Source: the human T2T-CHM13v2.0 reference genome, Homo sapiens. From it: 64,000 nt of DNA. Below, piece after piece: positions 31,656 to 41,892 of this stretch (positions are counted from its first letter, which is position 1; each line of letters begins with the position of its first letter). The DNA lies in NCBI GenBank assembly GCA_009914755.4, contig CP068257.2:6496001-6560000 (forward strand), given 5' to 3'. A program made the translations under genes and the position numbers. The notes below the pieces were generated by a model. That model did no database searches. It was not told the DNA's origin and was given only the letters and a program-made list of their open reading frames with translations.

Positions 31656-32130
31656 AAAATAGTTCTTTTATAAATACAAATAATTTAAAAAGTATTGATA
31701 AAATAAAAATAGAAATGTCTTCAGAATTGTCAGCATACATTTTTGACTGTGTTTTATATTTACATTTGCTAGATATTTTAAGGTGCTAGGGTTTGGCATG
31801 AAGGTTATAAAGCTATAAACACAGTGAAAAAAAGAATATTTGTTTATGTGATTTTTTAAATACATAAGACCAATTTAATACGGTTTGTTGAACAAAAATA
31901 ATGTAATTTTCTGAGTTATTGGTAAAATACCCTAGTATTTAACTTTGAAATCCTCACTTATGTGAACACCTGATATTCACAGGCTATAACATGGTTAACA
32001 AGAAAATAACCTAGAAATGATGACTAGCTTTGTCTAATACCTCAGTTCTCACAAATACTCTAGATAAACTGTCAAAAATAAGTAAATGTAAATGGATAAA
32101 TGTCTATACAAGACATTTTAATGTATTTTT

Positions 32131-32408
32131 GAAATTTTTTTGCGCCAATGTCTCTGCCTGTCACTCAGGCTGAAGTGCAGTGGCATGATCACAGCTCACT
32201 GCAACCTTGACCTCCTGCACTCAAGGGATCCTCCCACCTCAACCTCCCAAGAAGCTGTTAATTACAGGCATGCAACACCATGGTCAGCTAACTTTTATTT
32301 TTTCTGTAGAGTCAGCATCTCGCTATTTTGCTCAGGCTGGTCTCACGATACTCCTGCCTTGGCCTCCTAAAGTGTTGGGATTACAGGTGTGAGCCACCAT
32401 GCCCAGCC
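32131..32408 (-). mobile_element. Alu, minus strand, older/diverged
   Basis: …tctctgcctgtcactcaggctgaagtgcagtggcatgatcacagctcactgcaaccttgacctcctgcactcaagggatcctcc…gtgttgggattacaggtgtgagccaccatgcccagcc. Confidence 0.85.
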
Positions 32409-32495
32409 TATTTTTGAAATTTTAGTTATGTTAAATTAAATAATAGATACTCATTAAATATCTGGGTTATTTCCAATTTAAAACTTATGTTTTAG

Positions 32496-32808
<313 letters not shown>

Positions 32809-33954
32809 CTAAATTATGAAATCATTCTCATATGTAAGATACTGCTATATGACAATTCAAGATTTCTTTCTTCCTAAGTTTTTTATTAAAATAAGAGTTA
32901 CTAAGTGTTAATATCTTGGTAGATATATGTGATTAAGACTACTAGATACAAGAGAAACAATTCTGTATGCAAAATGTATACGGGTTTTTCTTTCAGAGAA
33001 ATTAAATTTGCTTAGAGATTTTTAAGGATTATTTTAAATTGAAGGAATAAAAAAGATAGATAAAACTAAATGTGTATAAAAAGTTGGGGAAGATGGAAAA
33101 AATTATACAAGGTTATTAAAAGTTTATGTAAATCTTACCTCGAGGTCAAAACTGATTGAGATGAGATAGATTGTTTATAAAGTTTATTTAAATTAGCTGT
33201 AATATTAAAAACATAGTGATAAAAAGCAAAAAAAATTGGTTAAAACAACAAGGTTTTCTTAATGTATTTATTTGCTCATAATAAGAGGTAATAAATATTG
33301 ACTTTTAATCCTGATATCTGTTACTATAAAATCTTTTCAGATTTGTATATCAGAAGTTCAACATTTCCTGTACTTTCATGTTACACATGACTCACAGATC
33401 ACATAATTGTCTTCTGTTTCTTCTTGAGAAGGAATAAAAGGCTTGGGTTTCCTGCTTGGCTGGGATGATAACTCCTTCAGCTTTTTCATCAGGTCTAATT
33501 TTGTACTCTTGGCTTTTAAATATGTCTTAATTACTTCATGTAACCAGGAAACTTCCATGCTATCATTGTGAGCTATGGATCCCCACTGCTCTATGCTCTG
33601 GTTTTCCTGTTTACATTCCTCTGTAATATTATGCTCACTCATGACCCTGGACACACTCTTTCTATGTCTAATTAAATTCAAGTCTCCTTGTCATCGGTTT
33701 GACTTCCAAGTGATTTAAATTAGCTTCCCATAAGAAGACACAATTATGCCACAGGAGCTTTTACCCTTTAAATGACTGGCCTGTAATAAATATTTTAGGT
33801 TTTACCAAGATAATCCATGTGTTGCCTTTATTTTTTTTTAATTACTTGGGAAAACTGAGGGTTTTCAGTTTTCACTTCCATGTAACCTTCTATGTTGCTT
33901 TTGATGTCTTTTGGTTGTCATGCTAATTAAATGAATGTTATTTAAAAATGACAT

Positions 33955-34278
<324 letters not shown>

Positions 34279-34376
34279 TTAGGTCAAATGTTTTCAATTT
34301 TTTGACATCTTTGCTAAAACTTAGTTGGTAACATTGTATGGGAAGCATTGCCAAAAGATAAATAACACTAAATCTT

Positions 34377-34670
34377 CTTTTTTTTTCTCTGAGACAGAAT
34401 CTTGCTTTGTCACCCAGTCTGGAGTGCTGTGGCATGATCTAGGTTCACTGCAAATTCTGCCCCAAGGTTCAAGCAATTCTTCTGCCTCAACCTCCCAAGT
34501 AGCTGGGACTACAGACACGTGCCACCATGCCCGGCTAATTTTGTATTTTTAGTAGAGACAAGATTTCTCCATGTTGGCCAGGCAGGTGTCGAACTCCTGA
34601 CCTCTGATGATCTGTCCAACTTGGCCTCCCAAAGTGTTGGGATTATAGGCATGAGCCACTGTGCCCAGCT
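34377..34670 (-). mobile_element. Alu, minus strand
   Basis: tttttttttctctgagacagaatcttgctttgtcacccagtctggagtgctgtggcatgatctaggttcactgcaaattctgcc…gtgttgggattataggcatgagccactgtgcccagc. Confidence 0.9.
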
Positions 34671-35041
34671 TAAATCTTCTTTTGGTTACTTTTATAGGTA
34701 TGTTATTAATATAAATATTTTAAACCTTATATAAATTGTAAAAATCTAATAGGGTTTCAGTCATAATTTTGATGATGTTAAATATTTTCTAAAGTTGTAT
34801 GTGTATAGATATATTATTAATATAAATATTCTAAAAATTATATAAAATTTGTGGAAGTCTGATGGATCTGATGCGTTGCCATCAGTCATGATTCTGGCTG
34901 TGATCTTAAAATGCTACATATAATACAAATAACTAAATTTTCTTGAGATTTGAGAACTTCCACTGGATTTTAACCAAAGGCTATTCTAAGTTTTTCTCAT
35001 CCACGGTGATTGATTAAAGTTCTTCTCTAAAACCCTTTACA

Positions 35042-35390
35042 GGCCGGGCATGGTGCTGGAGGCCATGCAGGGCACAGTGCTGGGCATGGTGCAGGGCATG
35101 GTGGCTCATGCGTGTAAATATCCCAGCACTTTGCAAGGCCGAGGTGGGTGAATTGCTTAAACTAAGAAGTTTGAAAGCAGCCTAGGCAACATGGTAAAAT
35201 CCTGTCTCTACAAAAATACAAAAATTAGCCAGGCATGATGATGCATGCCTATGGTCCCAGCTACTTCGGAGGGTGAGGTAGGAGGATGGCTTGAGTTTGG
35301 GAGGGAGAGATTGCAGTGAACCAAGATCATGCCACTGCACTCCACCCTGAGTGATAGAGCCAGACCGTGTCTCAAAAAAAAAAAAGCCTT
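35042..35390 (+). mobile_element. Alu, plus strand, with a 5' tandem expansion of the gggcatggtgc motif
   Basis: ggccgggcatggtgctggaggccatgcagggcacagtgctgggcatggtgcagggcatggtggctcatgcgtgtaaatatcccagcactttgcaaggccgaggtgggtgaattgcttaaact…gcactccaccctgagtgatagagccagaccgtgtctcaaaaaaaaaaaag. Confidence 0.8.
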
Positions 35391-35512
35391 TACAATCAGC
35401 TATCATCTAAATTACTTTTAATGGAAAGGATTCTGACAAGTTCTCTTAAATATGGTTTCAGATAAATTTGGGGATCATACCATTGGACTACGAAAATCTT
35501 CCAGGACTCTAA

Positions 35513-35607
35513 AAAGCTGAATGAGAATTTCTAATTGAAATCAAGCAAAACACAAAAAACTGAATGAGAATTGCTATTTGAAATCAAGCAGAACAAGATT
35601 TAGTTAT
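35513..35607. repeat. Tandem duplication of a ~46-bp unit (2 copies)
   Basis: aaaaagctgaatgagaatttctaattgaaatcaagcaaaacac / aaaaaactgaatgagaattgctatttgaaatcaagcagaacaag. Confidence 0.85.
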
Positions 35608-36184
35608 ATGGGACTGAACTTATAAAAGAAGGAAAAGATTTTATCCATGGCCCTTCCATTAGAAACATTGTTGATCCTCTTTATGTTTTGTTTTCCAAAG
35701 TCAAGAATTTTTTTTCTTTTCAGCTATTTTTAACTTACAATACATTAGATAAACTACATTGTGAACAAAAATTTGAGCCATTTATCTGTCTCTCTAGCTG
35801 ATTTCTCCAGAATTCAGAAGCCATTCGTGAGCATTCTTAAATTATGGCAATATAATTATTTACATAATTTCAATAAGAATCTGTTTTTGGTAACAAGATT
35901 CAATTGGAGACACTGTTTGTTTTATCAAGGCTTTAACTCGAATGGCAGATACAACCAGACCACTTTAAGGAATTGAGGTTGACTTTATAGCACCAATACA
36001 AAGTCCCTTAGAATGACTGGCTTGATGTCCTGTCTACAAAGGTCCTTTACAAAGTTGCTATCTTTGTGGTAAGAAGTAAAGAATGTCACTTTCTGAAGGG
36101 CCCAGGAACCTCAAGATATTTGGGGACCTTGAGAAGAGAGGACTACACCCATTCATTAAAGTATTACAGGAGATCTGGCAAGAT

Positions 36185-37470
36185 TTCTGAATAGGAACAG
36201 CTCCGGCCTGCAGCACCCAGTGAGATCAACACAGAAGTCAGGTGGTTCATGCATTTCCAACTGAGCCTCCACTGGTGATACCGAGGCAAAAAGGGTCTGG
36301 AGTGGACCTCCAGCAAACTCGAGCAAACCTGCATCAGAGGGACCTGACTGTTAGAAGGAAAACTAACAAACAGAAAAGAATAGTATAGACATCACCAACA
36401 TCAAAGACCAAAGGTAAATAAATCCACAAAGATGGGGAGAAACCAGTGCAAAAATGCTGAAAACTCCAAAAGTCAGAATGCCTCTTCTCCTCCAGAAGAT
36501 CACAACTCCCCGCCAGCAAGGGAACAGAACTGGACAGACAATGAGTTTGACGAATTGACAGAAGTAGGCTTCGGAAGGTGGGTAATAAAAAACTCCTCCG
36601 AGCTAAAGGAGCACGTTCTAACCCAATGCAAGGAAGCTAAGAGTCTGAAAAATAAAGGTTAGACGAATTGTTAACTAGAATAACCAGTTTAGAGAAGAAT
36701 ATAAATGACCTGATGGAGCTGAAAAACCCAGCACAAGAACTTCATGAAGCATACACAAGTATCAATAGTTGATTCAATCAATCAGGAGAAAGGATATCAG
36801 AGATTAAAGATCAACTCAATGAAATAAAGAAAGAAGGCAAGATTAGAGAAAAAAGAGTGAAAAGAAATGAACAAAGCCTCCAAGAAATAGAGGACTATGT
36901 TAAAATACTGAATCTACGTTTGATTGGTGTACCTAAAAGTGACAGAAAGAATGGAACCAAGTTGGAAAAAACTCTTAAGGATATTATCCAGGAGAACTTC
37001 CCCAACATAGCAAGACAGGCCAACATTCAAATTCAGGAAATACAGAGAACACCACTAAGATACTCCTCAAGAAGAGCAACCCCAAGAAACAAAATCATCA
37101 GATTCACCAAGGTTGAAATGAAGGAAAAAATATTAAGGGCATCCAGAGAGAAAGGTTGAGTTACCCACAAAGGGAAGTCCGTCAGACTAACAGTGGATCT
37201 CTTGGCAGAAAACCTACAAGACAGAAGAGAGTGGGGGCCAATACACAACATTCCTAAAGAAAAGAATTTTCAAGCCAGAATTTCATATCCAGCCAAACTA
37301 AGATTCATAATTGAAGGAGAAATAAAATCCTTTACAAGCAAATGCAGAGAGATATTGTCACCACCAGGCCTGCCTTACAAGAGCTCCTGAAGGAAGCACT
37401 AAACATGGAAAGGAACAACTGGTAACAGCCACTGCAAAAACATACCAAATTATAAAGACTATTGACTCCC
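36185..37470 (+). mobile_element. L1 (L1PA-type) 5'UTR tail plus ORF1 pseudogene. 3'-truncated exactly at the end of ORF1, where the duplicated block begins
   Basis: ataggaacagctccggcctgcagcacccagtgag…gacctgactgttagaaggaaaactaacaaacagaaaagaat…acaaagATGGGGAGAAACCAGTGCAAAAATGCTGAAAACTCCAAAAGTCAGAATGCCTCTTCTCCTCCAGAAG. ORFs 36432–36662 and 36857–37159 encode L1 ORF1p (…RNEQSLQEIEDYVKILNLRLIGVPKSDRKNGTKLEKTLKDIIQENFPNIARQANIQIQEIQRTPLRYSSRRATPRNKIIRFTKVEMKEKILRASREKG…) and are broken by stops. The terminal …ALNMERNNW*QPLQKHTKL matches the ORF1p C-terminus. Confidence 0.9.
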
Positions 37471-39508
37471 TCTGAAATCTGGGCGTGGTGGGGGAGTAGC
37501 TGGGACAGACAGGAGAGTCCCAGGGGGCTGGGGGTGAAGACATGAGAGAGACAGGGGAGTAACTCAGTGAAACTGCTGAGTTTGTAGGTGATACCTGGGT
37601 GCCTGGAACTGACTCCTGCTGAAATCTGGGCATGGTTGGAGAGTAGCTGGGACCCACAGGAGAGTCCCTGAGGGCTGGGGGTGAAGACATGAGAGAGACC
37701 GGGGAGTAACTGAGTGAAACTGGTGAGTTTGGTGGTGACTCCGGGGTGCCTGGAACTGACTCCAGCTGAAATGTGGGCGTGGTTGGAGAGTAGCTGGGAC
37801 AGACAGGAGAGTCCCTGAGGGCTGGTGAAGACGTGAGAGAGACTGGAGAGTAATTGAGTGAAATTTGTGAGTTTGGTGGTGATTCCTGGGTGCCTGCAAC
37901 TGACTCCCGCTGAAGTGTGGGCGTGGTTGGAAGGTAGCTGGGACACACAGGAGAGTTACTGAGGGTTGGAGATAAAGACGTGCTAGAGACTGAGGAGTAA
38001 CTGAGTGAAATTGGTGAGTTTGGTGGTGATTCCGGGGTGCCTGGAACTGACTCCAGCTGCAATGTGGGCGTGGTTGGAGAGTAGCTGGGACAGACGGGAG
38101 AGTCCCTGAGGGATGGTGAAGACATGAGAGAGACTGAGGAGTAATGCAGTGAAATTGGTGAGTTTGGTGGTGATTTCTGGGTGCCTGCAACGGACTCCCG
38201 CTGAAGTGTGGGCGTGTTTGGAGAGTAGCTGGCACAGAGAGGCGAGTCCCTGAGGGTTGGAGATAAAGACCTGCTAGAGACTGGGGAGTAACTCAGTGAA
38301 AGTGGTGGGCTTGGCGGTGATCCCTGGGTTCCTGGAACTGACCCGCTCTGAAATGTGGGCGTGGTTGGAGAGTAGCTGGGACAGACTGGAGGGTCCGTAA
38401 GGCCTGGGGGTGAAGACGTGAGAGAGACTGGCCAGGATCTCACTGAGGTCTGTGAGTTTGTAGGTGTTTCTGGGGTGTGGGGTACAGACTCCCGCTGATA
38501 TCTGGGCATGGTTGGAGAGTAGCTGGGACAGACAGGAGAGTCATGGGTGGCTGGGGGTGAGCTGCTGGATGACGGCAGTAAGAACATATGGTATATTATT
38601 GATGAATGAGGTGACTGTGAAGAATCTCCACAGGAGGACACCGGAGAACACAATGATATGAGTGACTGTCCTGCTTGGTTAGGAAAGGGAAACGTAAAGC
38701 TGTGGAATTCTGTTGATGATGGATGTGAGAGTGGTGAAGCCCTGCGGGATGATGTAGAGTACTTCCACATCCCTGGTGAGGAGCTACCCCTTGGGTCTGA
38801 CTTTCTGGGATGGGAGAGGGAGAAGGTGGGTGAGGCAGGCATGAATCTTGAGGAGTCAGGCCTGGGGGACCGCTCATATTCTCCCGAGACCTGTGAGTCT
38901 CTGGGGGACTCCTGGGTGCATGGGGCTGACTCCCGCAGGAACCTGGGGATGGCTGGAGAGTTACTGGGAGCCACAGGAGAGTCCCTGAGTACTGGGGGTG
39001 AAGAGATGAAAGACACAGGGGTGGAGCACCGTGAGGCTCGTGAGTCTGTAGGTGATTCCTGGGTGTGGGGGGCTGACTCCAGCTGAAATCTGGGGTTGTT
39101 TGGAGAGCAGTTGGGAGACACAGCAGAACCCCGGAGAGTTGGGGGTGAGCTGCTGGGTGATGGCAGTAAGAACATGTGGTATATTATTGATGAACGTGGG
39201 GACTCTGAGGAATCCTCAGAGGAGGACACGGGAGAGCCCGATGGCTTCATTGATTGCCCATCACGGTGAGGACAGGGAAATGGGAGCTTCTGGGATTCTG
39301 GTGATGACACAGGTGAGTGTGGTGAAGCCCTAGGGGATGGTGAATGGTAGCTCCGGATCCCTGGTGAGGAGCTTCCCCTTAAGCCTGAGTTTCTGAGAGG
39401 GGAGAGGGAGAAGCTGGGTGAGGCTCGCATGGACCTTGGGGAGTCCGGGCTGGGGGACCGTTCATAAGAAGAGCCAGACAAGACCCTACTGTTCTTAGGT
39501 GCAGACAT
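37470..39508 (-). CDS. Copy A of a single-exon S/P/T-rich tandem-repeat protein gene: an open 706-codon reading frame from the ATG, whose true 3' end is missing at the junction with the L1 at 37470
   Basis: ORF 37358–39508 (-), 716 aa, begins MSAPKNSRVLSGSSYERSPSPDSPRSMRASPSFSLSPLRNSGLRGSSSPGIRSYHSPSPRASPHSP…. A second related ~210-aa module starts …VSGEYERSPRPDSSRFMPASPTFSLSHPRKSDPRGSSSPGMWKYSTSS…. Then come ≥12 tandem 40-aa repeats (120-bp period): SPVCPSYSPTTPTLQRESVAGTQESPPNSQISLNYSPVSLTSSPALRD. The last ~37 codons of the track ORF (…ESIVFIIWYVFAVAVTSCSFPCLVLPSGALVRQAWW) are read-through into antisense L1. I recall no match to a known protein family. Confidence 0.5.
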
Positions 39509-39569
39509 GATTAGGAAACCTACAGCTCCCAGGGGCCCCTACTAATTTTCTAACTCGCAGAACGAAGGA

Positions 39570-39730
39570 GTGTGTGTGCGTGTGTGTGAGTGTGTGCGTG
39601 TGTGTGCGTGTGTGTGTGTCTGTGTGTGTGCAGTGTGAGGTATGTCCCCCTTAAGAAAATGGAAATCAACCAACCAAAGAGACAGACACACAGACAGACA
39701 CACAGACAGACAGACAGACAGACAGAGATT
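39570..39730. repeat. (GT)n-rich and (CAGA)n microsatellites in the putative 5'UTR of copy A (for the minus-strand gene these are (CA)n and (GTCT)n)
   Basis: gtgtgtgtgcgtgtgtgtgagtgtgtgcgtgtgtgtgcgtgtgtgtgtgtctgtgtgtgtg … gacagacacacagacagacacacagacagacagacagacagacagag. Confidence 0.9.
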
Positions 39731-39875
39731 CACTTGCCCAAGTGTTCTGTCCTGTCCTCTGAATCCGCTTCCAAGTCGCAAGACGCCGTGAGCTCCAAGT
39801 CCACGCAGAGTCCGCCAAACGCTCCGGCCGCTGATCCGCTCCGCGAAGATCTGAGTACAGGCCAGCCAGGGTGGG

Positions 39876-39883
39876 TTTAAATA
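39876..39883 (-). promoter_or_regulatory. TATA box (TATTTAAA) ~370 bp upstream of the ATG of copy A
   Basis: The minus strand reads gaggctatttaaacccaccctggctggcctgtactcagatcttcgcggag…; the arm-2 equivalent is at 47812–47819. CpG-containing flank. Confidence 0.45.
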
Positions 39884-41140
39884 GCCTCGGGCGCAGCCTA
39901 GCAGCGGAAAGGGCGGAGCTTCACTCCTCCTTTCCATCAGTCACCCCCAACTTTCCCAGGCTACACCTCATAGGAAACTATTCTCCTGCTTTGATTTCAT
40001 GCGCCACCTTTGGGACAATCTAAGAACTTCCAAGTTTTCTTGGCCAGATATATTAGGAATTGTATGCACTGAAACACTGAAAACCAACCAGTGGTTCTGT
40101 GGTTCCCACGTTGTGGTTGCGACACCAGCAGCATCCTTGCCACAATCAAATCCCGGACATCCACAGATGTGTGTTGCAACAAGACCTCCCCCTGACCCTG
40201 ATGCATGGCAGTTTAAGAAGTCTTTCCGTGTAAGCAAAAAGACTTTGAAGAAAAAGTAGAGATATGCGTTGTATAAACATTCTTTTGCTCTGGAACCACG
40301 TGGAGACTTGGGAGCCAGTTGGGTGGAGCATTCGTTGCATGAGGGTGCTCCGGTGTGGAATATCAAGGTGTGTGTCCAGATAATCCAATCATCTAATTAA
40401 GAGTCCAGTTATCCTCATCTGTTTTAAAATTCCGTTTGGGTAACTTCTTTTAGTCAGACTGAGAATGGCAAAGCCTCAACCCCAATTTCCATGGAGGGTT
40501 GAGAGCCTCAGGTGGAGTTGATCACCAATAGCCTATGGTTTAACCCATCATGCCTATAGAATGAGGTCTCCATAAAAACCCAAAAGGACTGGGTTCAGAG
40601 AGCTTCTGGATAACACTTCCTGGAGGGCAGTGCGCCCCTCCCCACATGCTGGGCCCCACATTTATTTCTGAACTTTTTGCAATGTCCGCTAAAATACAAC
40701 GGCAAATGTAAGTGTTTCCCTGCGTGCTGTGAGCTCTTCCAGCCAATGAATGCAACTAAATCTGGGAGTGGTGGCAACCTGATTTATAGCCAGTTGCTGA
40801 GAAGCACAGGTAAAACAACGTAGGGCTTCCCGTTGTTATGAGTGTGGGAGGCCTGTCTGGCGGGACTCGGCCCTTTGGAATCTAATGCTATGTCCCGGTA
40901 GATAGCGTCACCATTGAATTAGAAGACACACATATGTTGAGAATAATCTTTCTGGTCATTTGCTGCATGTCTTATTTACAACATGTAATCAAATTCTTTA
41001 TCCTGACCTTATGGCACCTGGGTTGAGAACCATGATTTTAACCAAACATTGGTCTGTCACTTTCGGAGTTGGAAACTGTATTTTGCCTTTAGCGATTTGC
41101 TATTGCTTATTCGTTTTCTTTTGTTTCGTTTCGTTTCTAA

Positions 41141-41470
41141 GTTCTGGGGTATATGTGCAGGATGTGCAGATTTGTTACTAAGGTAAACGTGGGCCATGGT
41201 GGTTTGCTGCACCTGTCAACCCATCACCTAGGTATTAAGCCCAGCATGCAGTAGCTGTTTTTCTTAACGCTCTGCCTCCCGAAAGGCCCCAGTGTGTGTT
41301 GTTCCCCTTCCAGTGTCCATGTGATCTCATTTTTCAGCTCCCATTATAAGTGAGAATGTGGAGTTTGGTTTTCTTTCCCTAGATCAGTTTGCTGAGGATA
41401 ATGACCACACATCACCACTGTTTTTGTTTTTTAGTATAAAGAGTAGCATTTTATTGAATAAGATTTGCTC
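41141..41470 (-). mobile_element. L1 3'-terminal fragment embedded in the upstream module of arm 1
   Basis: gttctggggtatatgtgcaggatgtgcagatttgttactaaggtaaacgtgggccatggtggtttgctgcacc…aacgctctgcctcccgaaaggccccagtgtgtgttgttccccttccagtgtccatgtgatctcatttttcagctcccattataagtgagaatgtggagtttggttttctttccctagatcagtttgctgaggataatg is the reverse complement of the L1 3' end/ORF2 terminus. Confidence 0.8.
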
Positions 41471-41788
41471 ACAGAAAAATAAGCTTAAATCTACAATGAA
41501 TGCCAGACCTACAGCAGAGAGCAATTTTCTCACTTTTCCACACACAATGCTTCCTACTAAGTGAAAAAAAGCCATAAAATTTCATTCACAAATGTACTAC
41601 TCTGTCTCAAAACATCTCACATAATCATGCACTGTACTAAAGCCATTAGATCACTTCTTCAGTCAGGTTAAAGAAGTATCCCTCTAATAACTGACTTTTA
41701 TAATGCTATCAATATCCACTCCCAATCAGTCTGCTATTGTTAATGGTGTACAGCATTACTGAATACAATGGAATTGATGACACCCATA

Positions 41789-41830
41789 TCCACACACACA
41801 CACACACACACGCACACACACGCACACACA
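41789..41830. repeat. (CA)n microsatellite at the 5' boundary of copy B (the 5'UTR repeat of the gene unit)
   Basis: cacacacacacacacacacacgcacacacacgcacacacac. Confidence 0.9.
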
Positions 41831-41892
41831 CTCCTTCTTTCTGCGAGTTAGAAAATTAGTAGGGGCCCCTGGGAGCTGCAGGTTTCCTAATC

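Larger units (their letters stand above)
37470..41790 (-). repeat. Arm 1 of a ~4.3-kb inverted repeat (gene 5' 2 kb plus 2.3-kb upstream module), the partner of 45901–50215
   Basis: The reverse complement of 39509–41790 matches 45901–48170 (for example 41360–41780 ≈ rc of 45903–46330; 39997–40388 ORFs ≈ 47307–47698). 37470–39508 ≈ rc of 48171–50215. Confidence 0.85.

Noticed and set aside
33376-33681. 101-aa minus-strand ORF (…KLDLMKKLKELSSQPSRKPKPFIPSQEETEDNYVICESCVT)
   Set aside because: Could be a relic of an old transposon ORF, or chance. There is no supporting splice or start signal and no identifiable family, so it is not reported as a feature.
37564-39333. Alternative-frame and opposite-strand ORFs inside the 120-bp repeat arrays (for example 37564–38235 -, 38658–39086 +, 49489–50118 +, 42068–42349 -)
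   Set aside because: They are by-products of the long tandem array, since any frame of a 120-bp-period repeat stays open. The frame that starts at the conserved ATG, downstream of the TATA box, and encodes the coherent S/P-rich repeat is the only one supported by context.
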